Source of the DNA: Guillardia theta CCMP2712
Taxonomy: Eukaryota; Protista; Cryptophyta
Length of the DNA: 64,000 nucleotides
Direction: 5' to 3'
Assembly (NCBI RefSeq): GCF_000315625.1
Contig: NW_005434658.1
Coordinates: 773,139 to 837,138 of the forward strand
Of the stretch, positions 24,442 through 35,139 are shown one piece after another. Under the pieces are notes generated by a model that saw only the letters and a program-made list of their open reading frames with translations, was not told the DNA's origin and searched no databases. The number at the start of each line of letters is the position of its first letter. The first letter of the stretch is position 1. A program made the position numbers and the translations under genes.

Positions 24442-27400
24442 ATGAATCGCGATTTTGATTCATCGTCAGGAAGGTCACCTGATGATAGTGAAATGCAAGA
24501 AGCGGGGTCCAGCTCTTCGAATGGAAATTCCAGAAATAAGCGTAGAAGGACAGAGGAGCCTGCACTGGTCAGTTTTGCAGCTGCTGCATCCATCCCACTT
24601 TCAAATACATCTACACAAGAAGAACAACCTGTGGGTTCGGAAGAAGACAACATATCCGACCCTACTGCAGCCTATCAAGTAAATTCCATCAATCACCCTA
24701 TGGCAGCGGAGGTAGATGCTTTATCAGTTCCATTGAATCGAGCTTTGTCAGATGCAGGAAATGACTTGACTGGTTTCAATGTGTCAAGTGGAGACTCACC
24801 AGGATGGGATGGTGAACCCGAAAGTGAGAAGGATATGATTGTACATGATAGCTCAAGCTCAGTAGGCGATTTGAGTGCTCCATACAAAGTAGGAACTGAG
24901 GGTCATACAGGACGGGATCGAAATTTTGGAACAACAATCCAAGATTTTATTCATTTGAGGCGAACGGAACCAGATTATGGCCCTGCCCTGGATTTGGATG
25001 TCATCAAGCATTTGGATGATGGTGAAAATCATGTGAACATCGAAAGGGATATGGCGGACATACGGTCAAGCATTTTAGACATTGACGACTGTGAGAGAAT
25101 GATTGCCTTTGCAATGGGTTCTCATTCACGGCTTGGCTCTGATTCTATGGTCAAAATCCTGAACAATAATATCGTTCAATCTATTCTACTTTGTGAATTG
25201 ACTGTTGGGCCAACTATGCACTTCACAAACCTGACTGAGGCTCTTTCTAGTGGTCAAGCTGGGTGTGCAACAATGGTCCGCGTGAACTTGATGCCTGGTG
25301 TTCATGAGATGGATACAGAAGCTGAAGTTGTACAGAACAATAGAATTGTGATTCGAGCAACACCAGGTTCCAGGGATGGCTCGGTGGTGCTTTCAAGTCG
25401 GACTGGTCGGCCTCTCATCCGGGTTGCTAGCAAGGATGCTTACGTGTGCGTAAGCGGTGTTACCTTTGAATTCAAAAATTCTCCTGTCACTCCTACTAAC
25501 CTCAAGCAGAGATGTATTTGGGTCACGGAGGGCAAGCTTCTTCTTCAGCAATGTCGTATATCGTCGGATGCAGGAATTGGTATTTGTGTCCTCCGAACCG
25601 GGATTGTTCGATGCGAAGGTTGTGAAATGACTGACTGCGGATTCGTTGGTGTTGCAGCAGCACAAGGAGGTAGAGCAGAAGTCTTGAAGGGATGCAGAGT
25701 AATGCGAAATAGGCATTTCGGAGTTCTTGCCACAGATGCAAGATCTTCTGTCGTCATCTGTGACAGTGAACTTAGCGACAATGGGACATACGGAGCGGGT
25801 GTAGGTGCTGGAGCGGTTGTGAAAGCATTCAATTGCAGTGTGCTCCGAAATCAAGTTGGCATTGTGTCAAAAGGGACAGCCTCCCATGTGCAACTTCATG
25901 GTTGTGACATCAGTCAAAATGCGCGCATTGGTCTTGGGGCACGGGAAGGTGCGACGGCTGAGGCCAAGAGTTGCACGATGACACGGAACCAGTATGGAAT
26001 GTGTGTCTCAAATGCTGGCTCGAGAGTTGTACTAGATCAGTGCAACATGAGCGAGAATACGACTCATGGCATTGGTGCTAGTGAAGGGGGTGAGCTAATT
26101 GCATTTCGCTGTGAAATGAGGGGTAATCAAGTAGGTGTTGTTTCAAAAGGCGAAACTTCTCGGGTGACTTTGAAGTACTGTAAGGCAAACGACAATGGAA
26201 GAATTGGTCTTGGTATCAGAGAAGGTGGAGTTGCGATTTGTACGGGCTGTGAAATGAAACGCAACCAGTACGGTGTTTGCTCGTTGAACACTGGAGCGAA
26301 AGTCACGCTAAATTTTTGCGATGCTAGTAACAATGAGCGATATGGAGTGTCTTCAAGTGATGGCGGTGCTGTTGAAGCGATAGACTGCAAATTAAACAAT
26401 AATCAGCAACTTGGAATCGGTGCGTGGCACAGCACCTCAACAGTCAGTTTGCTAAGATGTACCGCCATAAGCAACGGCAGGACTGGGATCGCTGCTCGCG
26501 TCGGAAGCAGAATTGAAGCTCGTTATTGTACTCTGAAGAAAAATCACCAATTTGGGGTTTATGTCTGTGGTGAGGGATCATCTGTACAATTGATGCATTG
26601 TTCATCGAGTGATAATGGGTTATACGGTGTTGGTGCGAGTGAAGGCGGCACTGCAGAGGTGAGTCACAGCTGTATGAAAAGGAATCTGCAGGCTGGTGTT
26701 GTGGCCAAAGACAATGGTTCGTCTGTCAACTTGCTGCAATGCGAAGCATCAGAGAATGGAAGAATTGGCGTTGCAGCAATTGTTGGAGGCAACGTGGATG
26801 CTAGAATGTGCATCATGAAGGGTAATCAGAGAGTGGGAATGGGAGCGTGGCACTCAGGCTCCAAGGTTAAACTTATGCATTGTGAAGCAAGTAACAACGG
26901 TGCTACGGGCTTGACTGCTATCGAGGGTGGCAAGGTCACGGCAATCGAATCTCTCGTCAAAGGGAATGTGAACGTTGGAGTAGTTGCCAAGGATGTGGGC
27001 TCGATGGTTTATCTGAAACAGTGTACTTCACGGGACAACGGAAGGATAGGTGTGGGGGCGCGCGGGCAAGGTGTCGTTGAAGCTCTTGAATGTTCCATGG
27101 TACTCAACAACCAATCGGGTGTAGCAGCCAAGGACAGGGGCTCAAAGATTACTTTGATGAAGTGCGACTTGAGCGAGAATGGACGATATGGACTGTCAGT
27201 GCGTGAAGGGGGATGTGTTGAGGCAGTTGAATGTGAAATGCAGCGCAATCATCACATGGGAGTGTGCGTGTGGCATGCGGGATCTTCCGTCTCTTTGTGG
27301 CGATGCGAGGCCTCCATGAACGGCACGCACTCGGTGGGTGCACGGGATGGGAGCGTGGTCAATGTTTTCAGCAAGAGCCAAGATCCTGCACGGCTGTCTG

Positions 27401-27504
27401 CGGCTTCCGGCAGTGGTGCTACCCCGCCTAGCATGGATTCTCCGTCTTTCGATCCGGTGAAAGAGAAAGAGGGAAGCTCGGATCGACTGATCGATCTTTT
27501 GTAA
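24442..27504 (+). CDS. Right-handed parallel beta-helix (PbH1) repeat protein, 1020 aa, intronless
   Basis: Single long ORF: disordered acidic N-terminus with a basic RNKRRR patch, then about 13 tandem 46-47-aa units with regular N-x-x-x-G and Cys positions typical of Beta_helix/NosD-type solenoids. Confidence 0.85.
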   Translation: MNRDFDSSSGRSPDDSEMQEAGSSSSNGNSRNKRRRTEEPALVSFAAAASIPLSNTSTQEEQPVGSEEDNISDPTAAYQVNSINHPMAAEVDALSVPLNRALSDAGNDLTGFNVSSGDSPGWDGEPESEKDMIVHDSSSSVGDLSAPYKVGTEGHTGRDRNFGTTIQDFIHLRRTEPDYGPALDLDVIKHLDDGENHVNIERDMADIRSSILDIDDCERMIAFAMGSHSRLGSDSMVKILNNNIVQSILLCELTVGPTMHFTNLTEALSSGQAGCATMVRVNLMPGVHEMDTEAEVVQNNRIVIRATPGSRDGSVVLSSRTGRPLIRVASKDAYVCVSGVTFEFKNSPVTPTNLKQRCIWVTEGKLLLQQCRISSDAGIGICVLRTGIVRCEGCEMTDCGFVGVAAAQGGRAEVLKGCRVMRNRHFGVLATDARSSVVICDSELSDNGTYGAGVGAGAVVKAFNCSVLRNQVGIVSKGTASHVQLHGCDISQNARIGLGAREGATAEAKSCTMTRNQYGMCVSNAGSRVVLDQCNMSENTTHGIGASEGGELIAFRCEMRGNQVGVVSKGETSRVTLKYCKANDNGRIGLGIREGGVAICTGCEMKRNQYGVCSLNTGAKVTLNFCDASNNERYGVSSSDGGAVEAIDCKLNNNQQLGIGAWHSTSTVSLLRCTAISNGRTGIAARVGSRIEARYCTLKKNHQFGVYVCGEGSSVQLMHCSSSDNGLYGVGASEGGTAEVSHSCMKRNLQAGVVAKDNGSSVNLLQCEASENGRIGVAAIVGGNVDARMCIMKGNQRVGMGAWHSGSKVKLMHCEASNNGATGLTAIEGGKVTAIESLVKGNVNVGVVAKDVGSMVYLKQCTSRDNGRIGVGARGQGVVEALECSMVLNNQSGVAAKDRGSKITLMKCDLSENGRYGLSVREGGCVEAVECEMQRNHHMGVCVWHAGSSVSLWRCEASMNGTHSVGARDGSVVNVFSKSQDPARLSAASGSGATPPSMDSPSFDPVKEKEGSSDRLIDLL

Positions 27505-28189
27505 ATACCGGTTGTAAAACGAAATGTCTAGCTTTTTAATATACAATCAGAAATATTAACAACGCGGGTCCAGTTTGAAAGCCTTGCCGCGAGTTTAGTT
27601 CGTTGCAATCCTGCGATTGTTCAGAGAGTAGCAGGACGTGGCAAGTCTCGATGATATGCAAGGCCGGGTGACTGTCTCGGCTGCCGACCGGCGGAACTTC
27701 CGAAGTTCACGGGCACGCCCCCGTCGGATCGTGCCGGGTTCACGGCCGCGCGCCTGAGTGGAGAGTCGAAGGTTCAGCCGCCGGACCCGGGTCCCGGATG
27801 CCGCGCCCGGTCCGCTGATCCGCGCCCGGAGTTCCGGCGCTGTGAGGCGTCCGATCGCCGCACGTGAGGCTGCCACCCGGTGCGGCGGTGCAGGCTGACC
27901 GCAGTGACGCAGGGCCCCTGCGGCCCCGCACCACACCAAGCTCAGTCCACTGTGTCCAAGGCCCGGTCCGCCACTGCTCAGTGCCACCAGCCGCTGCCCG
28001 GCGCGGCTCCTCGCCGCCGTACTCAGTTTGACCCGGCGCCGGAATCTATTGACTATAAACCTTCCGACCGCACGTGCAGTTGGAATGCACTGAGACCGAA
28101 CAAGGGGGAGGGGAGGGGAGGGAATAGGAGAACAGAAGCCATGTAAAAGGATGGGAGAAGGAAGAAGAAGGCGATGAAGGCGAGGGAGG

Positions 28190-28290
28190 AGGAGGGAGGA
28201 AGGCCAGGCAAGGCCAGGCCAGGCAAGGCAAGGCAAGGCCAGGCCAGGCCAGGCCAGGCAAGGCAAGGCAAGGAAAGGAAAGGAAAAAAT
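28190..28290 (+). repeat. (AGGCC/AGGCA)n pentanucleotide microsatellite
   Basis: Visible tandem repeat. Confidence 0.9.
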
Positions 28291-28501
28291 AAGAGGTGGG
28301 AAAGGAACAGCGAGGAAATGGAGGGAAGAAGAGGGTGAAAACAAGCAGCGGAGTGATGAGAAAAGAAGGGGTGTAGAGGAGCGAACGGGAAAGAGTAGAA
28401 ATCACCCACGAGGAACAATGGATATAGCAAACTATGAAATGGAATCCGAAGGAGACTTATGACGAAGAATTAACTTTGCGTCAGGTGAAGCGAAAAGAGA
28501 C

Positions 28502-29153
28502 ATGGTGAAGCACAAGAACAGGAAAAAACGAGATGCACATCATCAATTCTTGCTGGATCGCGAAAAAGAGCTTCTCGAGAAACAAGAGAAGAAGCGCGAG
28601 AGGCTTCGAGAGAAGCGAGAGATGTTGGCGGGTGAAACTGCTGGGGAGAATGGTGAGGTAAGAGCTCTAGATTCCGTCAAGTTCAAGGGGAGTTTTGGCG
28701 TGAACTTTGCAGTGGGAAAGAACAATGATGATGACGACGACGACGAGGATATTGATATGATGGAAGAAGATCTCACTCGAGAAGATGCGAAGAAAAAAGA
28801 GTTAGAGAGACGGAAGAAGGCAGGGACAGAACTGAGTAAAAGACAACATCTGATAAGAAAGAAGCTCAAGGCAATCAACAAGAAGGTGATGATTTTGGGA
28901 AGTTTGTTTTGATAGAGTTGAATTGAGATGCGGTGTGTCTGTGTATTTCTGTGTTTGAAGACTCAAAACTTTGAGTTTAGATGGGTTGTGTGTGTGAAGA
29001 GGCATTGTAATCAGACTTGTATACTCATTTGACCAATTCTTGTTTGTTTCTGTAAGGATTTAGCAAGTAGTTGATTTTCGCTCTTATGTACAGGAAAAGA
29101 GGGAGCGGAAGGCCAAGAAGATAAGGAAACTAGCGAGAAACAAGAAGGCTTAA
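28502..29153 (+). CDS. Small basic/acidic coiled-coil protein (possibly nucleolar), about 3 exons
   Basis: MVKHKNRKKRDAHHQFLLDREKELLEKQEKK, acidic tract, last exon EKRERKAKKIRKLARNKKA* after an intron ending at 29093. Confidence 0.6.
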
Positions 29154-29500
29154 TGCTCTGAGTCGCTCCATGTGGATTTATCTCATCTTACCTCTGATCT
29201 GCTCTTATCATTTCAACATCACTTGTTCAACTACTTTACAGTCTCTAGAATAAACTCTTTACTGCAACTGATGTTGCAGCTGCCGGGGTCAGGATCGAGC
29301 ATGACAGGACAAGGTGTCTCCTTCATTTCAAAAAAATCCGAACATAGACAGCTTCAATACGCAGACCGTGGGCCGGTTTTTGGATGTAGGGCCCGGCGCT
29401 GCCAGGGCTCGGAACCGACGGCCCCGGTACGGTCGTACTAGGGTACCCGGGGGGTGCCGGGTACCCGGCTCGGAGTCCGTCGGACTGAACGGCGGGCCCG

Positions 29501-30504
29501 GGGTGTGCGCCTCCGGGGGCGGCGGGCCAGGCCCGCCGGGCACACTAAATAGTGGTGTAGAAGATGAATGAATATGAGGAGGGTGATATGGATATGAGAT
29601 GATTAGACGGTTGAACTTAAAGTCTCCTCGAATTTTAGAATATGTCGAGATTTCCAGTGGAACTCTCTCCTCACACGAAGTAGACAGTGATGAAGTATCT
29701 ATAGTGATGATACTTGCGATCACCGATGGCCGCGCAGGAATAATATCAGGATTCAGAGAAGTAACAGAGGTGATAAGAGATTGGCCCAGTACAGATGTAC
29801 AAGCTTGTTTACTTCAAGTAAAGTAAACAAGCTTGTTACTTCAGTGTGAGCTCACACTCGGAGACCCTTCACCTCATTCTCCTTTCCCTTTCCTGCAAAT
29901 GCGAGCGGCCCTTACTACCGGTACTCTACGCTTCGTATCCGCGGTATGGTCCTTCGACCGGTCCGAGTCCTAGCCCCATAGCCTGGAGGCTCCCTGACTC
30001 AGAGAGAGTCATAGGCTTGACATGACGAGGTCTCAGTTGCTCCCTTGGCCTCAGGCTTGACAGCCTAGAACCTGTCACGTGTGTGTCTCTGCAACCGTGA
30101 CTCCTGTTGAGAGGTGGTCTCGTGCCTTCATCGTAGGACCTCCTGTACTCGTGATCCACCTACCATACGTCGCCCCTATTCAACGGTAGCTATTGCTGTC
30201 ACGGTAACGGTCCTTTCCGTGAACTTGTGCACAGAGCCACTGGCATCAGAGTCGACAGCCAGGCCCCGTGACATGATGACCTGAGGTGAGGCCCGCTCTG
30301 ACTCCAGTTGCGCGGCGGCGGGCCCCGGGCGGCGCGTGATTCCGCAGGTGGCTCAGTGACTACTGTGATGATGGCGAGCCTGAGTCAGGCTTCCGACCTC
30401 GGACTCGGACTGAGTCCGTCGGACTCAGTGAACGCCGGGTGTGCGCCTCCGGGGGCGGCGGGCCAGGCCCGCCGGGCACACTAAATAGTGGTGTAGAAGA
30501 TGAA
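29501..30504 (+). repeat. Identical 68-bp direct repeats (29501-29568, 30437-30504) about 0.94 kb apart
   Basis: gggtgtgcgcctccgggggcggcgggccaggcccgccgggcacactaaatagtggtgtagaagatgaa occurs twice, each preceded by gagtccgtcggact. Confidence 0.9.
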
Positions 30505-30596
30505 CGCGAAGGCAAAAGTTGGTGGGTTGTGACGCTGACGATGGAGGCGCAAATGATGTGAAGGGAGGGAGAAGGAGAAGGAGACGGAGAAGAAGA

Positions 30597-30627
<31 letters not shown>

Positions 30628-30979
30628 AAACGAGGAAGAGGAGGAGAAGCAGAAGCAGAAGCAGAAGGAGGTGAAGGTGAAGGAGAAGGAGACAGAGGTA
30701 AGAGAAGGACTAACGGAGGAGAAGGAAGAGGAGAGAGGCGGCGACGGTGGGAGAACAAGTACGAGAAAGGGTTGGGAAGAAGAAGGAAGGAGAATAGTGG
30801 AAGGAAGACAGATTGGAAGTGGCTCAGAGTAATGCGAGCACTTGTCTTGTTTCTTCTCTTCCTGACAGTTAGTACGCAAGAGAAGAGGTAAGAGACAACA
30901 AATTACCTTTGCGACCTGTTGTTTGATTATTGAAACGCCAGTACCTGCTTCCAAGATCCGTCACAACCTTGGTGCTCTG

Positions 30980-32490
30980 ATGCGGATTTGTTTTGTATTC
31001 CTCTTGCACTTGAATTTATCCGATCGGGTTGACCTGAGGGCAGATGACACTGAAGCTGTTCTGGATGATATCAACTCGGTCTGCACGCATGCGCCATGGC
31101 TGTCTGGTTGCAGGTGAGTTGCCTTGCGCGAGCCTCCCGGTGACTGGTGTGCAGCATCAAACGTAGCTGTGAGGATGGGAGGATGAATGGAAACTTCTGC
31201 CTGCGCTGGAGCCTCTTGTCTGACTTGTGCTCTGCTCAAGTGAAGGAAGACGTGAAGGTCACGGTGAGGTGCGGCGACGGAGCGACTCTCACACATGGAG
31301 GCAGGGACTTGCGGGATGTTCAAACTACACCAAACTCTGTCAGAGGAACGATACAGCTGTGCGGCAGTGCAAAGACCCAAATCTGCAGCACGTACCAGGC
31401 CTGATCTCGTCTCAGCAGTCTCTCGAGAGTGTCTCGGCCCTCTGCAAGGAGATGCCGGACATGCAGGGATGCTCTCAGTGCTCGGCCGCCACGTTCGCAT
31501 CCTGCCCGGATCCACTGGGTACCCTCAGCAGGTGATAAAGGACGGCTGCTGCGCCTGCTCTGATGGCTGCTGCAGACTCTGTTTATCGATGATGATGGCC
31601 GATTGCAAGCCATGGTCTGAAATGTGCGCGGAGGTCAGTGAAACTGTGGTGCTGCGGTGACTGCTGGGGTGAAGGTTTGCTGGCAGAGCCAGGGAGGCTT
31701 GACAGCGTTCTGTGGGGAAGACAGCGAGGGCGAGTGTTCAGGAGTGATGCAGATGTACTTTCACTTTGGCTTCAACGGTAAATTCCGTTCATGTCTGCTA
31801 AGAGATGAGTGAGCCTTGATCGTCGTCAGACTACATCTTGTTCAAGCGATGGGTGCCATGCAGCGTTCCTCGCTACACGTGGAGCTGCCTGGCGATCATT
31901 CTCATGGGCGTCATGGACATCCTCTTGAAGGTGGCGAAGGTGATCAGCACGTTTGCGTCGTCCCGCTGTGACAAGTTTCAGCTGAGGCTCGAGATTTCGT
32001 TTGCGCTCTCCGAGGCTGCGGGGAGGGAGAGCAGTGAAGCAGAAGAATCGACCAGCTCGGAGCTTCTTGAAATGACGACGAGCTTGAGGTTCACCTCCCC
32101 TCGCTCTTATTCCTGCTCATCCTCCTCCTGCAGGCGAAACGTCCGCGAGATGGAGGACGTGCACCTGCTGCCGCAGTCGTACCGTGAGGTTCGGGCTGGC
32201 CCTACCACAGGCTTCAGAGGAGCTGACACGGTGGACTGCAGCTGAGGCAGAACATGTGCCGGGGGGCGCTGGCAGGGATGACGCTTGCCCTCGATTACTC
32301 GCTGATGTTCATTGCGATGACGTTCAACGTCGGGCTCTTCACCTCCGTCTGCCTCGGGATTGGGTTTGGGCACGTTCTCTTCGGCCATCACTTCAAGCTC
32401 AACAAGGCATCGCTCCCTCTCGTCTCCCTGTTCTTCCTGACGCACATGCAGGACGCGAGCAAGACGCTCCAACGAGCATGCTGCTCGTGA
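30980..32490 (+). CDS. CTR-family (SLC31) copper transporter with Cys/Met-rich extracellular N-terminus; multi-exon
   Basis: CKEMPDMQGC, CLSMMMADC, MQMYFHFGF|.DYILFKRWVP, TM2 motif YSLMFIAMTFN (MxxxM) and TM3 GxxxG (GIGFG). Confidence 0.9.
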
Positions 32491-32639
32491 AGAGACCCCG
32501 CTCATGCCCCTCACGCACATGGGAACGTTTCAACACGAGAGTCAGGTTCAAGGTTGTAATTTACGTTATTAACAGAGACAAAGTTATCGTTGCCGGTATA
32601 CACATGCAAGGATCCATTACAACATGCTCATATAGAACT

Positions 32640-34570
32640 CAGAAAGCGATGAGCAGATATCAGGCCTGTGGGAAACGAGTCGACAGAGTGACCTGCGGGG
32701 GGGTGTCACATGCAGCGTCATCGCAGCCCTTTTATCTCACTTGCTGCCACCGAGGCTCCTCCCTCCAGGAGAGGATTGCTGTCGAGGTCGTTGCCCTGCA
32801 AGCGCGACCATCACGACATCAGGTAGACTTCACTCGAGCTCACCTCCAGCCACAGCAGGTCGTCATGCAAAGAATTGCTGCCTGGTGTGTGTGGCTGTTT
32901 GCTCGTCAGAAGGGAGTCAGGAGAGCGTGAGGTATCAACCTGATGGTTCAACAGCCCATGTGGAGTGAGGGGCGCGTGTGGAGTATGAGCAAGACCAAAC
33001 CATGCCGCACCATTGACGTGGTTGCCTCCTACTTGCGCTATCCCGCCTGCATCTGATCACAGGACACAAGGACACATCACTCCTTACCATTCGGCCTCAA
33101 GCCCACCGGGTCTGACGACAACATGTTGGTCGTCTGCAGTTTACGGTAGTCAGGATCATTGTCAGACTCTTGGCTTATCAGGGGACCTGAATGTCCAACG
33201 GTTTCTTCCTGGACGCATCGACGACAGGGGAGCTTGTTGGTGGTTTTGCAACGTTGGATGGGAGCTGCTCGCTTGTTCGCGCCACTCCAAATTGTTGGTG
33301 CACTTGCATTTGCTGGTTCCATCCTGGGATCGCAAGGTTTGCTTGGCCGTAGTTCTGCTGCAAAGCGTGTGAGCATCAAGGTCAAATCTCAGCCACCCGC
33401 GTACCGTCATCGGGGTCTGATGATTCAGCATAGGTGACGGGAAGTGATTGTTCAACCCGCCGAGCCCCTGAGGCCGATCTGATCGCCACCCTTCGGACCC
33501 AACGGCAGGCCCATGGTGAAACACGTTGGGGATGGGGTTGGCTGTGTCAACGTGCGGCTTCGCCTCTTGGGCAGGGGGAACAGGGTGTGCGGCGATCTGC
33601 TGCTGATGAGCGTTGCCTGACGGGAAGAAGTGACCATGCTGATACAAATCTGACTGTATCTGAGCGTTCGTGATCGCTTGCCTACCAGAAGATTTGTTGT
33701 TGACTTTTCCATTCTCAAGACTGACATGAAGGATTTGTTGACGCTGGGGGCTCGGATTTACTTCTGTGGCGTACACCAGTATATACACTTTATCCTGCAA
33801 TCAACGAGTTACGAGCAATCAATGACAGACGTTGTTTCACCTTTGCCTTGTTCCCGAACATGTCCAGTTTGCATTCGACATGATGGCCTTGCCTGTGAAG
33901 TAGGCGAATCTGTCGCTCAACCTGCGTGCTCTTGTGCGTGATGAGATCGCAAACAGCTGACATCAAGTGCGCCATGTCTTCTGGCACCGAGTGCATGTAC
34001 AAAGTGTTTCCACACAGCTCTTCAGTTGAGTACCCCAGCATGTCCCCGAAGGCGAAATTCGTCTCGATGATTCCCCCGTCCATGCAAACAAATGCGATCG
34101 GAGACTCGCAAGCCATCACAGCTGCCTTGAGTAGTTCCATGTCCTCGGTAGCCGCCGGATCCTCCACCGGCTTTGATTCCCCCAGACCTAAGGCAGACAG
34201 GTCGAGAGCTGCCTCCGGGTCCTGCGAGCTATCTTTCTTGTCCGACTGGTCACGGACTCTACGAACATGGGTTACGACATGAGCGAGCGCCTTGTTGAGA
34301 GTGAAGCTGGAGGCTCCTGGCTGCCTTCTACCCGTTTGTCTTTCGATTTCAGCCTACCGACAAATTCTCAGCTGCACCTGACACAGCTCTTGAAAATGCA
34401 TGTACCTGGATCTGGTTCAGCAATTCTTGCGTTCGCTCGCGCCGGCGCCTCTCCAACGTTCTATGCCGATCCTGTCGTCGTTTTTTCTTGTCCTCTTCAG
34501 TCTCTGCTGAGAATGCATCGTCGCCCGTTCCTCCATCAGGACTGATGCTGTCGTCGTCTTGTATGTTCAT
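32640..34570 (-). CDS. bHLH-PAS transcription factor, multi-exon (3' end approximate)
   Basis: Basic-helix 1 KKKRRQDRHRTLERRRRERTQELLNQIQ, helix 2 TLNKALAHVVTHVRRV, PAS domain PIAFVCMDGGIIETNFAFGDMLGYSTEELCGNTLYMHSVPED...RLLHRQGHHV, Q/H/P-rich C-terminus. Confidence 0.85.
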
Positions 34571-35139
34571 GCCTGAAGGGAAACGCATTACTGTTAAGTC
34601 GCCAACAGATCTCGAAGTTTTCTAGAGGAACATAGCGGACATTCTGGGTATTCGGGCGATTTCACTACGTTCACAACAGAGCTCTATCCTCTCCTTCACT
34701 GCACAGAGCCCTATGCCAAAACGTCTTGAGCTCTCATGCTAGCGATCAGGGCTGTTCCGTTTTATGCTGCTCAAATCGACTTGGTTTGAAGATGCTCCTC
34801 CAAACATGTGGGTTCGAAGACATGCCGAAGACCAAAACTCTCCTCTAGAACAAGATCTCGACTCCACGACTGCTCGTCCCTGCCTCGATGTTTCACCATC
34901 CTGGCCCTCACAAACACTCCGTGTTTCGGTCTTCTCCCTTTGAACTCTGTTTCCCTACATTCATGGGCTCCTCATCCCTTGCAAGAAACATCCCTTCCTC
35001 CTGCCGTCACTCTGTCTCTTCATTCTTCTCCTCGTCGCATCCATCTCCTCTCCCGCCCTCTATCTCTCAGTCTCCTCGACATTCCCTCCCTACAATCGCA
35101 TCCAGCCATGGCCGAGAGGGTGAGAGAAGTTCGGGGTTG

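Noticed and set aside
29501-30504. CRISPR-like array from direct repeats (also 7791-7920 and 50803-50872)
   Set aside because: Only two copies or no regular unique spacers, no cas genes, eukaryotic context
29420-30950. About 11 GTAC sites upstream of the CTR gene as copper-response elements (CuRE, CRR1/SBP type)
   Set aside because: Only modestly above chance, mostly within repeat-derived sequence, and GTAC is even denser in the unrelated element at 23101-23676
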